From Octopus vulgaris (Eukaryota), in the NCBI GenBank assembly GCA_951406725.2, contig OX597819.1, positions 101,866,001 to 101,930,000 on the forward strand: DNA of 64,000 nt, in the 5' to 3' direction. Shown here piece after piece: positions 42,149 through 57,169 of the stretch. The notes below the pieces were generated by a model. That model had not been told where the DNA came from, did no database searches, and saw only the letters and a list, made by a program, of their open reading frames with translations. Every line of letters starts with the position of its first letter. The stretch's first letter is position 1. The position numbers and the translations under genes are program-made.

Positions 42149-42469
42149 AAGAGATAGAGAGAGAGAGGGAAAGACAGAGAGAGGAAGATAATTTATTGAG
42201 TTAGATAGCAATAGAAACTAAATGAAAGTGGAGCGTCAAATTGTTGGAATAATTGATATTTAGATTGTTATATCTATCATCAGTATCATAATCATCATGA
42301 TAGTCATCGTGGGTGATGTCGTCATGGGTGATGTCGTCAAGAGTGATGTCCTCGTGGGTTGATGTCGTCGTCGTTGTCCTCATCGTCGTCGATGTCTCCA
42401 CCACCACCGCCACCAACAACAACACTACCATCATCAACAATAACAAAAATACAAAAACAGCACTAGCAT

Positions 42470-42702
42470 ATATTTCTTTACTACCCACAAGGGGCTAAAC
42501 ACAGAAGCGATACACAAGGACGGACCAAGGGATTAAGTCGATCACATCGACCCCAGTCGATAACTGGTACTTAATTTATCGACCCCGAAAGGATGAAAGG
42601 CAAAGTCGACCTCAGCGGAATTTGAACTCAGAACGTAACGACAGACAAAATACGGTTACGCATTTCGCCCGGCGTGCTAACCATTCTGCCAGCTCGCCGC
42701 CT
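42470..42702 (-). mobile_element. SINE family B, full length
   Basis: GGCGGCGAGCTGGCAGAA head, GAGTTCAAATTCC B-box, GCCTTTCATCCTTTCGGGGTCGATAAATTAAGTACCAG. Confidence 0.9.
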
Positions 42703-43399
42703 ATGCCAGCACTAGTATAATCCCCACAACTACCACCACTATTAACACCAACAACAACAACAACGGCAAAAATAGCGAAACTACAGGTGAGCTTCTCCGC
42801 ACGTACCCGAAATATAAAACCCGTATGTAGTTGCTCAACTTGCTAGCAATGGCAGCGAAACCTCCCTCAAAACAAATCATTCCCTACAGTTGTGATGACA
42901 TTTGGATAATATCCACTTGGATACATTGTGGCCGAGTAAAAGGGGTATGGCTACGAGTCAAACGCATTTGTTGAGAATCAAGTGGAACATCAACTGTAAG
43001 ATCAACGAGAAGCGCATTGGAAGCATAGAGCTGCACTAAAACATCTATCCACACCCACTAACAGGACTTCCGATGTGGCAACCTCATCGATTCTATTGTC
43101 TGTATCTCCAGTGTGACCAGTATATCGGTGCTACGATGGGTACCTCAATTGTAGCCACGATATCGATGATACTTGTGGTACATCCTATGTGGCCTCAACA
43201 GAAGTGGTACAAATGGTACTTCATTTGTGGCCACCACATCGATGGTAGCATTAGCACTTTCGCTGTAGCTAACATATCGCTTAAGTACTCCGACGTGACC
43301 AACCCACCAATGATACTTGGTTGTAGCTACCACATCGCTGGTGGTATTGATATCTCGATGTGGCTATTATGATGATGATACTAGTTGTATCCGATGTGG

Positions 43400-43850
43400 C
43401 TATAACATTTCAACCCACGCCATGCTCTTCGCCTACTTATGCTTTGAAAGATCGTAGAGGCAGAGTCCTGAAACATACTTTCCATGAGCAACCGTTTTCA
43501 TTTGACACTGCTGGATCCCCAATCGAGACCAACCGGGCTTATGGACATTATCCAACCATCTAGTTCGCGATCTGCGCATGGTCTCCTGTCGTAAAAACTG
43601 TCCGTTGATTCTTTACCGAGAAATTGTTACCACAAGTCCATAATGTCGGGGCTGTGATCTCTCAATTCGGAAAGTGGTTGGTCTACTTAGAACGCTTGTC
43701 TGATCTCCCAGCCACGCATTCTGTCGTCTAAGGATCATTCGGAGGAACCCCATTATGGCTGCTTGCATTTGCCAACGCATTCTTTCAGACGTTAACCAAC
43801 ATTCATGACCATAGAGAACGGTTCCCACAATTACCGAATTGCAGGTAGCG
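43400..43850 (-). pseudogene. RTE-clade LINE 3' fragment
   Basis: VLYGHECWLTSERMRWQMQAAIMGFLRMI...RIERSQPRHYGLV resembles the RTE post-RT region. Confidence 0.75.
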
Positions 43851-44815
43851 AGTTTGCCTTTTATAACTATCTCACTTCTTTCTTTTTTCTTTTTTTTTTC
43901 ATATATTCAAATGCTGAAACTTGGTGCCTTACTGCTTCAGCTTCTACAATTTTTTATATTTATTCGGCTTCCTGCCGTCACTCCTTTCACGATCGTATTC
44001 TTTCGGTCATTGGACAAAATTCATAATCACAAGTAAGAGTAAGCACGAAAACCGAATCGAAACTAGAGAGTTTAACTTTTACACTTACCTCCCATTTTCC
44101 GTGACTGCCTCATCGATAGTAGTACTGTTCCCGGGACTGTGATCATTGCGGCTACCACCAGGATTGACAGTCATACAAGCGTAGATTGATCAATCTATTT
44201 AGACACTAAAACTACCTCCCACCGATTAAACTGCCTTCCATCGGTTAAGAAGAAATATCTCTCGGATTAGGGATATTTGAGTCCTGTTTCGTCCTTGGGC
44301 TGACAATTTATCTGCTTTTATATTATTTTATCTGGGATGACCTAGGGTTATATATGATTACATTATCGTCACTAATACTGCTGCGAGCATCCATCTGGTC
44401 CGCACTATATCGCCAACAACAATGTTGCCAAAACCACCACCAACGCTACCTATACATACACTTGTACTAACACCTCTACAATTGTTATAACATCACTATT
44501 ACCAAAACTACCAATACAACCAGTATCACCAGCCCCACAACCACCACCACTGACACCACTGCAGTATCACCACAAAGAATACTACCACCTACACTAACAC
44601 TTTCACCAATACTGCCACCACCACCACCACCACCACCAATACAACCACTGTCATTAACATCACTAACGCTACGCTCAACACCACTATATAACATTGCCAG
44701 CAACACCTAAACAAAGAAAATTATCACAAACACCAACACCAATACTGCGAACACTATCAATACCACCACTACCACCACTACCACTATCACCACAATCGTC
44801 ACCAGCACCAACATC

Positions 44816-45015
44816 GTGGAGGTGCAATGGCACAGTGGTAAGGGTGGCGGACTCGCGGTCGTATGAACGCGGTTTCGGTTCCCAGACCCGGAATTGTGAG
44901 TGTTTATTGCGCAAAAACACCTAAGCTCCACGATGCTCCAGCGCAGTGGTGGTGGGGAGGAGGGGGAATCGCGCTGTATTCTTTCACCACAACTTTCTCT
45001 CACTCTTTCTTCCTA
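44816..45015 (+). mobile_element. SINE family C, 5' half
   Basis: GTGGAGGTGCAATGGCACAGTGG...CCCAGACC...CTTTCACCACAACTTTCTCTCACTC. Confidence 0.85.
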
Positions 45016-45332
45016 GAAGAACAAGAACAAGAAGAACAAGAACAAGAACAAGAACAACAGCAACAACAACAAGCACCATCGCCATCACCAGCACCACTAC
45101 TGCCACCACTCATTCGGTCAGTATTTATCCTGGCTACACAACAGCACCGCTGCAGTCACCACCATCATCTACATTCAATGTGGCCACGATAGGAACGTCT
45201 TTGACAATCGGGCTGTTGGGGGACAAAAAAAATTACCGCATTTCTTCCGCCTTTCAGTTTAAAGTTACATCCTAGTCCGGTGTTTTCAAAAATACTTTCT
45301 TTTGAAAGTATTTCGGGCCACGTTACCATCAT

Positions 45333-45363
<31 letters not shown>

Positions 45364-45751
45364 GGCGCTACCACCGTTAACACCAGTCCTACGACCAACA
45401 CCAATACCACAACCACCACCATCATCTACACCATTATTATGATAATGACTGCAACTAGCAATACATCGCCTCTCAACACCACACCGCAACCGCCATCGCC
45501 ACCGGTGCCACAACTACCGCCACTATTGACAGCACCACCACCACCACCACCACCACACTCATCACCCTAAGCATCATAACCACTATCACCACCACCACCA
45601 CCACCACCACCACCACCACCACCACCGCTACCGCCACCAAATATATTAAGTGCTGTACAATATTAACAAACAAATAAAAAAAAAATTGTAAACACTATTT
45701 CTTGGAAATGAGAATTAATAAAATCGGCTTAACATAAGATTATGATGAATG

Positions 45752-45809
<58 letters not shown>

Positions 45810-45861
45810 CATATATACATATCTGCACACACACACATACACAAATATACATTCAGAAGCG

Positions 45862-45906
<45 letters not shown>

Positions 45907-45982
45907 TTTATTTTAAGCAGCAGAAAATTCAACAAAATCTGTTACTCTGAGTTTCTCGTTGCCGTTCATCAGACAGTTTTTG

Positions 45983-46040
<58 letters not shown>

Positions 46041-46087
46041 ATGTGTATTTGTTCGTATGTATATGTATGTACATATTTCTGCATATA

Positions 46088-46388
46088 TTGTAAAGGTAGT
46101 TGGTTTAATGGCTATGGTATTCGGCTCACCATCGTGAGGACGTGAGTTCAATTTCAGGCAGTAAATTGTCTTCTTTATTTCAAGTTGCTCCAGTGCACTC
46201 ACGTGGTAAAACAAGTTGAGAAAGCCCAACGTTATCACGATCTGTATCACGCTGTATCTCACTAAAATCCATGTTAAGAGCAAGTGTGCCTGTGGAGTGC
46301 TCAGCCACATGCACGGTAATTTGACGAGGAAGCTGTTTAGTTGATCGGATCGACTGGAGTACTCTTCCTCGTAACCGATGGAGAACCA

Positions 46389-46390
<2 letters not shown>
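46088..46390 (+). mobile_element. Chimeric SINE (family D-like head/centre, family C-like tail)
   Basis: TTTATTTCAAGTTGCTCCAG (as at ~39620) followed by GTGGAGTGCTCAGCCAC...CGTAACCGATGGAG (as in family C). Confidence 0.65.
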
Positions 46391-46765
<375 letters not shown>

Positions 46766-46821
46766 AATATATATATATATATATATGTGTGTGTGATGTG
46801 TGTGTGTGTGTGTGTGTGTGT

Positions 46822-46910
<89 letters not shown>

Positions 46911-46911
<1 letters not shown>

Positions 46912-47119
46912 GGCGCAGGAGTGGCTGTATGGTAAGTACCTTGCTTATCAACCACATGGTTCCGGATTCAGTCCCCCTGCGTGGCATCTTAGGCAAGTGT
47001 CTTCTACTATAGCCCCGGGTCAACCAAAGCCTTGTGAGTGGATTTAATAGATAGAAACTGAAAGAAGCCTGTCATATATATGTATATGTATGTGTATATA
47101 TATATGTGTGTGTGTGTGT

Positions 47120-47151
<32 letters not shown>

Positions 47152-47355
47152 CTGTCTGTCTTTGTCTGCAGAACATCGCTTGACAACCGATGCTAGTGTG
47201 TTTACGCCCCCGTAACTTAACGGTTCGGCAAAAGAGACCGATAGAAAAAGTACTAAGCTTACAAAGAATAAGTCCTGGGGTCAATTTGCTCGAATAAAGG
47301 CAGTGCTCCAGCATGGCCACAGTCAATTGACTGAAACAAGTAAAAGAGTAAAAGA

Positions 47356-47358
<3 letters not shown>
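46911..47358 (+). mobile_element. SINE family A, full length
   Basis: Same architecture as 7321-7696, flanked by (TA)n. Confidence 0.92.
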
Positions 47359-47405
<47 letters not shown>

Positions 47406-47474
47406 ATTACGGAGATGTACTTGCATAGCAAGTGACCTGATTTGAGATCGTGTGCTGGAACGAAAACAATTGTA

Positions 47475-47551
<77 letters not shown>

Positions 47552-48111
47552 ATTGTATATATATATGTATATATATATATGCATGTATATATTTACATAT
47601 GCATGTGTGTCTCAACAGCACATTCTTAATCACACAGAAAAATTTGTACGGAGTATTTCTATGCTTACCTCCGAAAGCAATGAATATTCTTCGAAAACTC
47701 TCTCATAGCTATATTGTCCGATTACAGGACCTACACTTTCAAAAGCTTAACATGTATGCCCTTAACAAGAGACGAACCCGAGTCGCCACTTTACGGACTT
47801 CAAGTCATGACATCTCCAGTCTATTTTACGGCGAGACATCAGCTAACCAACGTTTAGTTTTCACGTGATAGTTCTCCAGAACCCTCTAGATTGTTCTCTG
47901 TCATAAGCCTATAAATAAAACCAGTTTAGGCGCCAAACTTCACTGGGTGGTGCGATTCACTCTCCTTTTTACACAGTCGTTCTAAAGACTGCATGCTCAT
48001 CCGGATATGCGTTAGATTGTTGCAGGTATGAAACAACGCGTTTAATCCGGTCACTGTTCTAGGCTTTGTATCCAGCTATCGTGGCTTTATGTTTCTTACA
48101 TATTGTTGACT

Positions 48112-48172
48112 GTCTTTTATCTTCTACAGGTTTCAGTCGTTAGACTGCGGCCATGCAGAGGGACAACCTTGA
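48112..48172 (-). mobile_element. SINE family A-type 3' tail directly downstream of the 5S copy
   Basis: Minus strand TTCAAGGTTGTCCCTCTGCATGGCCGCAGTCTAACGACTGAAACCTGTAGAAGATAAAAGA. Confidence 0.75.
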
Positions 48173-48183
48173 AAAATGTGTGA

Positions 48184-48300
48184 GATGCTTACAGCACCTA
48201 GGTTTCCCAAGCGGTCACCCATCTAATTACTCACTAGGCTCGACATTGCTCAACTTCCGCAATCGGACGAGAACCGGTGCATTCAACGTGATATGGCCGT
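48184..48300 (-). pseudogene. 5S rRNA-derived copy (pseudogene or SINE3 head)
   Basis: Minus strand ACGGCCATATCACGTTGAATGCACCGGTTCTCGTCCGAT...GGAAGTTGAGCAA...GATGGGTGACCGCTTGGGAAACCTAGGTGCTGTAAGC, a recognisable metazoan 5S sequence; first ~4 nt are non-canonical; single copy. Confidence 0.9.
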
Positions 48301-48641
48301 GTGAAGATATATTTTTTTGTAATTCATGACCAACTTGTGCGGCGTAAATGAAATAATATTTTAATGTTCACAAGATGTTGTTAAATCATTCACACACAAC
48401 TTCAGCAAACAATTTTCATGAACGAAAACATAGTTTTACAGATATTGGCTAACTCGGAAAGCTCTAACTAATGACATTATGTTTAAAAGTTTCTGGCAGA
48501 CCATATTTATTTATTTATTTATTTTATCGAATTGTGAAGAAAGGGCATTTGTGAGTAGCGAACCTGGATTGACACAATTCCCTTTCATAAGATATGTAAA
48601 AGTAACATACACACACACACGCTCATAAAATAGATATAATG

Positions 48642-48714
<73 letters not shown>

Positions 48715-48717
48715 CAC

Positions 48718-48807
<90 letters not shown>

Positions 48808-49487
48808 AATATGTGTATGTGTATATATATATATATATTTATATATATGAAAAGTATGTATGCACATATGAATATGTATATATGTATATAATATGCATGC
48901 ACCCGTGTGAATATATGTACAATTCTAAAGTAGTTATGGAAATTATAAGCGAGGAGTGTTTTCCGCTTTTACAGTTAGGATATTTTCAATATTCATACAC
49001 ACAATTATAATAATAGATATACATAATTACAAACGGTACGTATTTCTGTATGTATGAATGTGTGTATGTATGTAGGTGTGTATATATGTATATAATGCAT
49101 GTATTTTTATAGACACACATATGTGTTGCGCATTTGTGTGTGTGTGTGTGAAGTTGGTTATTCGTAAATGGGACAAACACTGTGACATAGAACAGTTTAT
49201 GTGATTCTGTCAACTGGATTGAGTAAGCCGAAATAACTGAACACTCTCAGAAAAGCATGAGCATCACAACGCATACATAGTACTTCTGTAAAAGGAAAAT
49301 TACTGTCTGCCAATTCATAAGAATTATGACCAACTCTGTTCGTGTGTGTGCGCGCATTAGTTTTATGTGTGCGTGTGTGTATATATGTGTGTGCGTGTGT
49401 GTATATATGTGTGTGCGTGTGTGTATATATGTGTGTGTGTGTGTGTGTTGTATACATCATCATCAGCATCATCATTTTCTGATATAC

Positions 49488-49723
49488 TCTCTTATTTCTT
49501 TGCTGCCCACAAGGGGCTAAACATAGAGGGGACAAACAAGGACAGACGAAGGGATTAAGTCGATTACAACGACCCCAGTGCGTATCTGGTACTTAATTTA
49601 TCGATGCCGAAAGGATGAAAGGCAAAGTCGACCTGGGTGGAATTTGAACTCAGAACGTAAAGACAGACGAAATACTGCTAAGCATTTCGCCCGGCGTGCT
49701 AAAGTTTCTGCCGGTTCGCCGCT
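49488..49723 (-). mobile_element. SINE family B, full length
   Basis: Matches the copies at 42470 and 46440. Confidence 0.9.
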
Positions 49724-49824
49724 TTTCTGATATACTCTCTCACACCCGCACGCCCCTACTATTTACGCATAATTATAAATATATGATGCTAAGTGTGTGT
49801 GAGTATATATATATATATATATAA

Positions 49825-50082
49825 AACCTTAGCGACTGAAGAAGGGTTTTTTTCTTTGTGTTAATTGTCCTGTACTCTATTTTTTCTTTGTGTTTATTGT
49901 CCTGTACTCTATTTTTTTGTTGTTTAAAAAAATGTCCAGTTCCTTTGTTTTGTGTCTATGTTTTCGTTTCTCATTGTGTTCGACGTCCTTTTCGTGTCCT
50001 GTACTCATATATGCGTGTATATGTACATGTAGAGGTAGTTACGTACATGTATGTTTATATATATGCATATGTTTTATTTTAT

Positions 50083-50090
<8 letters not shown>
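49825..50090 (+). mobile_element. Dispersed repeat family E
   Basis: Near-identical to 57195-57420; flanked by (TA)n; short internal tandem duplication. Confidence 0.8.
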
Positions 50091-50132
<42 letters not shown>

Positions 50133-50821
50133 CTATATATATATATATACAGGGGAGATACACACACACACCACATTTACAGGCACATGGACAGAAGCAG
50201 ATTTATATATGTACTCATATTTTTGCATAAAAAGACTGAATATGTATATAAGCAACACGGAGAAAAGAGAAAGCAAGCGGTATGAAACACTGAACGAAAG
50301 CTAGCGACAGAGTAATAGAAATATAGATAGGAAATAATAGAGTAAAATATTGAGAGAACGAGGGAGAGAGAGACAGAGCGAGAGAGAGAGAGAGAGAGAG
50401 AAACAGACAGACAGACAGACTGACAGAGAGACGGAGGGAGGGAGGGAGAATGAGAGTGAAAGAGTGGAAATAAATTGACGCAGTACGAGCTATAGTACAA
50501 GGGATAATGGGAGTGTAATGAGACGTTCTTAAATAATTAAAGAATTAATATGATTATGAATTAATATACATATTTATGTTGCTATAATCCATTGAAAGTA
50601 CAACAGACTGCGATGTTTCATTACCACCACCGTTACTGAACACGTCCGCATTGTTTTTTTGTTATTTGATGTACACATACCCGCCCACATACTGCGTATA
50701 CACGCATATACATATGCATATACATATACCCACCTATATATTATAGGTACTTATATTTATATATATGCATATGTATATAAACACACGCACAATCGCCAAT
50801 ATATAGAAATGAATATTTACA

Positions 50822-50980
50822 CACATGTAGCTGTGCGGTAAAGAAGTTTGCGTCTCAACTACATGGTTCCTGGTTCAATCACACTGCGAGGCACGTTCGG
50901 TAAGTGTCTTCTTAGCCTTCAAATTGACCAAAGACTAGTGAGTGGATTCAGTAGATAGAAACTGGAAGATTCCCATCGTA
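50822..50980 (+). mobile_element. SINE family A, 5' half
   Basis: ACATGGTTCCTGGTTCAATCACACTGCG...GTGAGTGGATTCAGTAGATAGAAACTG. Confidence 0.75.
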
Positions 50981-50981
50981 A

Positions 50982-51045
<64 letters not shown>

Positions 51046-51299
51046 ATATTCGTGCACGTGTATGTATGTATATATATTTGGGGTGATGAGATTTTTCTGT
51101 TTTTGTCTGTCTCCGCCACCGCCAATTAAAGGTCTGCAGATAACTATTCCTTCATTCCCTTTCCGAAAAAGCTCTATGCTATCTGGCTGAACAACGTTTC
51201 TAACATATAAAACTTAAAAAAACTTAGATATGTTTCGACCAAAGATTGGCCCAGACCATGTCTAACTTAATAGCACCAACTGATAGGATTATCTAAATC

Positions 51300-52668
51300 C
51301 TTTTTAAGCCAAGCTTTGTGCTATCATGGTTCATTCAAGTTGCAAGTTCTTGTTGAGTGAGATGTATCCAGGTATGGGTGGCTAATCTGGTACTCCTTGA
51401 AGAAATTTTCCAGACTCCGTTTAAAGGTGATGGGATCCTTTTCCACTTTGATCAGTTTTAGGACAATGTTAAACAGGGCAAGGCCTGTAGAGGAAAAGAA
51501 ATTTTGTCGCAGTCTGCCTATATGTTGTGATCCTGAATTGGACAGGGGACGCATGGCTAGTGATCTCAGCCTTGGTTGAACCTTGAAGCTAATGTTCACG
51601 TCGTTTGGGCAATACTGGTGGTACATTCCCCACATGGTGCAAATGATGTACCGCTCGCGGCGGCGCTGGAGAGCATAGAGTTTCAAGGCTTTAAGGAGGT
51701 CCCAGTAATCGAGATCAGTCATGCCTTCAATTCAGTTTTCGAGATGTTTTGTTTTGTATGGGGAGACCACAGGGGGCAGCAGTATTCGAGGTGTGGCCGT
51801 GAAAAGGAGGAGAAAAGTGGAATAATGACGCCTTGTTCTCTGGACCGGAAGGTTCTTAAGATCCACGAGGTCATTCTACGAGCTATATCGGCCTTATTGT
51901 TGATGTGGGCACTCAAACTGAGATTGTTATCAACAATTACTCCTAGGTCTCTAATATTATTAGATGCTGTGAGCGGTTCCCTTGAAGGAAGAGAGTATGG
52001 CTGTTTTAGTATAGACTTTCTTCCAAAATGCATCAGTTCAAACTTTCCCTCGTTTAGTTGCATTTTGTTTTTGTCTTCCCATTGAATCACCGCATATAGA
52101 TCAGACTGGAGTTGAGTTCGGTCTTCATCTTCATTGATGATTTTCTGGAGCTTAGTATCATCAGTAAATATTTTCAGTTTGCAGTGTTTTACGAAGCTGG
52201 AAAGGTCGTTTATATAGATTATAAAGAGGAGCGGCTCCAAGACAGCACTGAGGGACACCATTGGTGAATTTTTCTGGGCTTGAGTGGACTCCATCGACCA
52301 TAACTTGTGTTCTCTTCGCCAGGAAATACTGAATCCAGTGTAGAAGTTTTCTACGGATTCCAACATTTGCCAAATTTGAGAGTAAGATATTATGGTCAAC
52401 CCTGTCGAACTCTTTACTGAAGTCAAGATATATGACATCAGAGTTCGAAACTGTTCCCAAGGCTTTAAGTATATTCTCAATGTGGTATAAGAGCTATTTT
52501 AAACAGTCCCTGCCACAGCGAAAGCCATGCTGATTTACATTTAGGAGTTTGTGGATCGCCAGGAAGCCAGCTATCCTTGATCTTACCAATTTCAAACACT
52601 TTAATGATGTGGGAGGTGAGTGAGATTGGGCGATAGTTGACTGTGAGGGATCTGTTTCCCTGTTTCAA
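51300..52668 (-). pseudogene. CR1-group LINE ORF2 reverse transcriptase, frameshifted and 5'-truncated
   Basis: NYRPISLTS, DVIYLDFSKEFDRVDH, GVPQ, PLLFIIYIND, FTDDTK, DLGVIVD, RPHLEYCCPLWSP, LQRRRERY across four track ORFs. Confidence 0.93.
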
Positions 52669-53239
52669 AATATTTATGCATATTTTCTTTAAGATTTTCT
52701 TATTATTATATGTAGACTTGAAGCTAATCTTGTGACAACGCTTTCTGTTTTTTTATTCCTTTCATTTAAGGCAGACGTTAGAATTTGCGGTCGCCTGAAT
52801 CTTTTGATATCAGTATATATGCACAGTTGTGCTCACCGATAACTTTTATTAAAGTAATAAAAGCCACGAGTTGCAGTATATTCTCTGGGAAATTTATTGT
52901 AAAAACGTATAGTATCAAAGACAAATAAATAAAATACTTGACATGTAGCCGGTGTCAAATCGATCCTAAATCGAACACAAGAGGGGAAATGCGTATTTCG
53001 CTGCATTGCTGCTTCTCAGTATCGCGCACTTTAGTCCCTTCTGAAACGAAATCGAGATCTCTAGCCAGAAGCATAGCATAACAACCGTTTACTGATTTGC
53101 AATTAGCTGCACAAGAAGAATAAAATTAGATTATACAATACAAGCAACAACAGAATGAAAACATTACTAATTATAAAGCTTTTTTTATCTTTTCACTCAT
53201 GCTCAAAATTTGAAACAACTATTAAGCATTTTGAACGTC

Positions 53240-53370
53240 CTTACGTTCAGAGTTCAAGTTCCGCTGAAGCCGGCTTTCCTTTTCATCTTTTCGCGGCAGA
53301 TAAATTAAGTGGAGTACCTGGGTAGGTATAATCGACTAATCCACTTCCCCCAAAATTCAGGCTTTGGGCT
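53240..53370 (+). mobile_element. SINE family B fragment
   Basis: GAGTTCAAGTTCCGC...TTTCATCTTTTCG...GATAAATTAAG. Confidence 0.65.
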
Positions 53371-53374
53371 TATA

Positions 53375-53375
53375 T

Positions 53376-53426
<51 letters not shown>

Positions 53427-53436
53427 TACTACCACC

Positions 53437-53483
<47 letters not shown>

Positions 53484-53503
53484 CGCTACAACTAATACTA
53501 CCG

Positions 53504-53561
<58 letters not shown>

Positions 53562-53588
53562 AACTACTACTACTGCTGCTGCTGCTAC

Positions 53589-53622
<34 letters not shown>

Positions 53623-53690
53623 GTCATTATTATAACTATTATTATTATTATTATCAATATCATCATTATTATTACTATTATTATTATTTA
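53375..53690. repeat. (CTA)n/(TTA)n compound microsatellite
   Basis: Direct reading. Confidence 0.93.
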
Positions 53691-54019
53691 ATTCTATATT
53701 TACTGGAGATTACGAGATAACAATCTATTAGATTATTTATTATATACACCTGATTGCCTTGCATTTTGTCACATTATCAATCAATGCATCATCCACATCA
53801 ACTGTAATGGACAGTGGCGCACCCTATATACTTCCGTTTCCTGACAGCATCAGAAACTCGGCTGTATCTCTCTCTCTCTACGCATTCTCTTCCCTATTGT
53901 TTTATATAGATTTGTTAGCCAAATGAATGTTTCTTTCTATATTTGATTTTACTTTTTTATTGTTCAAGCTTAGAACAGAAGACAAAGAACGAAAAGAAAA
54001 TGAGTAAGATGAAAGAGAG

Positions 54020-54427
<408 letters not shown>

Positions 54428-54721
54428 ACGCCTTATAAAACTAAAAAAAAGCTAATATCAACGAAGGAAATGAAGTGATGTTGTGGAAACATATCATTCA
54501 TTTATCAAGTGATAGTTTGGTTATCTCTAGCATTTCATTTATTTGTTAATAAATAAATAACTCGTAAGATTGTATTTAATTATATTGGTCACGAACATTC
54601 AGAGATATACATAGCTACATAATTACAATTTAAATAGATAATGAGAGCTTGCACATATCAGATCGTAATTACATTAATATTTTCATATATATATGTATAT
54701 ATACACACATATCTATATATA

Positions 54722-54791
<70 letters not shown>

Positions 54792-54839
54792 TGTGTGTGT
54801 GTGTTTGTGCATGTATGTATATATATATGTATATGTATG

Positions 54840-54882
<43 letters not shown>

Positions 54883-55774
54883 ATACACATGCACACACAC
54901 ACTCACAAACACAGACACATACACACATATATACATATATGCATATACACTCATGCGCGTATATAGGGTGGAAAATCTCAATGGAAAAGATTAGTCATGT
55001 TGAAGGTAGACAACTGGCCGTGAGGCACATGTGTGACATCGGCGGCTCCACCAAACATGAATCACCTAGCGCGTACAATTATGTATTCGATGCGCCACCA
55101 AACACCAGGAGCCAGAAAGACGCTCAGAAGGCATTGATGTGAGGGTCGCATTGCGCGCCAACTTCCCATGCACCGGCAAACAGGAACAAGTGTACGAAGG
55201 AATGGACAAATTTGACACATATCTTAAACTACTTTGTCGCTAAGAGGTATGACTTACTCATTACCACACCGCTTCACATGGAGTTATCTAAAAATCATTA
55301 CAAAGAAAGTAATCGTTACAAACAGTTTCATATCAAAGATAATATTGGCTTGACCTATCACGATTATTTTCTAAGCGATACTCTTGTTCACAGCTGTTTT
55401 TAGCCATCTAAAATTCACAAGTCTACATGCGACTGCTTGCTAGTCTTAAAACGCACTCGTTCTTTACTTTGGATATTTCTATATTCGACACGCATTATTT
55501 CTAAATACCTGTTAATCATATACTGGATTCGTACATTCTTTTGGCAGACTGTTTTTGCATTCTTTTCTTTTTTCAAAACTGGATCTTAACCAGATATCTT
55601 CAGCAGTCTAGCTGCCGTTTCTGAAATTGACAACCCGACCTCATGTAAAGATTAAGGTCTCTGCTTGTCCTTCAGTTACTGAACTATACGAAATTAAAAT
55701 TGTGAAAATCTTTTCGAACAATCTGCTTGGATATTTCCATAAAAGAAATGTGTATCAATACATTATCATAAATA

Positions 55775-55980
55775 AGGCAAAATCGTTACCGGGCCGGACA
55801 AAATGCGTAGTTATATCTCTTTCGGCTTTATGTTCTGAGTTCAACTTCCGCCGAGGTGGACTTTGTCTTTTATCTCTTCAGGGTCGATGAAATAAACACC
55901 AGTTGATCACTGGGGTCGTTGTAATCGACTTAAACACTTCCCCGAAATTGTTGACATTTTGCCAAAATTTGAAACCAATA
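55775..55980 (+). mobile_element. SINE family B, diverged
   Basis: TTCTGAGTTCAACTTCCGCCGAGGTGGACTTTG...CACTGGGGTCGTTGTAATCGACT. Confidence 0.8.
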
Positions 55981-56734
55981 TTTTAACAGTCATTTGATGT
56001 GTTGAACTAAAACCTTCAGTAAGCATCTTCTTCCAGCCCATTGATGCCATTAGTGGGCTCCCCTCTATTATAAGTATTTACTCAAGTCTCTAAATTCTTA
56101 ATTTTGAATAGGCAGTCGTTTCGAACAATGGGACAAGCAACCAGTAATAAAACAGTCTTCAAGGAACAACTTAGTACGTTGCCTGTTAGAAAAAAAAAAA
56201 AAAAGAGGAATAATTAAAAGATCAACGCAATATTTAAAAGAATTACGATCATATTTATATGGAAACAGACGGAGAAAAAGAGAATTCTACAAAAATTTTA
56301 GATTATGGACAAATAGACAAGAAACAGGTTTTACAAGAGGGGCCAAAAACCACGAGAAGATGGGAATTAGCAGGAATACTAATAACTTTAACAGGAGGTA
56401 TGTAGAAGAGGGGAAAATACACAGCAGAACAATAAATGTGGAAAAATAATCTCCAGTCATTAACCACCAAGCCGTTGATTGTAGTAATGTGCAAGGAATT
56501 ATTTTACCCCTATATAAGTTATAAAGTCCACTGCTGTTCGATATGCATAGAGTTCCAAGTAAAGAAACATTATTATGGAAGCACTCCGTCGGTTACGACG
56601 ATGAGGTAAACATTATTAACAGTTCTATGATAGTCTCTACTGACAGATGGACTTGAAACCAGCAATAGGATGTAAGTAAACACGAATCAGTTTTACAGTT
56701 ACGGCCGGATGTATCCGCTGCTATATAAACAGAA

Positions 56735-57040
56735 GTGGAAGCACAGGGTCTAGGGGTTAGAGCAGCGGACCCGCAGTCGAGGGATCGCGGGTTCGAATCT
56801 CAGACCGGGCGATGTATGTTTATGAGCGAAACACCTAAGCTCCACTCGGCTCCGGCAGAAGGTAAAGGCGAACTTCTGCTGACTCTTCCGCTACAACTTT
56901 CTCTCACTCTTTCCTCCTGCATCTTGCAGCTCACCTGCGACGGACCGGCGTCCTGTCCAGGTGGGGAACCTATGCGCCAAGGAAATCGGGAAACCGGCCA
57001 TAATGAGCCAGGCGTGTCTCGAGAAGGAACAAACAATCTA
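56735..57040 (+). mobile_element. SINE with a family C head and a different 3' region
   Basis: GCAGCGGACCCGCAGTCG...GTTCGAATCTCAGACCGGGCG...ACAACTTTCTCTCACTC, then an unrelated tail. Confidence 0.75.
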
Positions 57041-57169
57041 AACAGAAGTCGGTGAATGAGCTGAGTTGATGAGATAAATACATAGCTAGCTAGATAGATA
57101 GATAGATAGAGAGATACATACGAAGATAGATAGATAGATGGACTACAGATAAACGGACATACATATATA

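Noticed and set aside
47660-48050. Possible I/Nimb-like LINE relic (KAMNILRKLSHS)
   Set aside because: A single short motif is insufficient evidence
54965-55200. GC-richer open frame ([10 protein letters not shown]...QKALM)
   Set aside because: No recognisable domain or splice signals; probably an unidentified TE fragment
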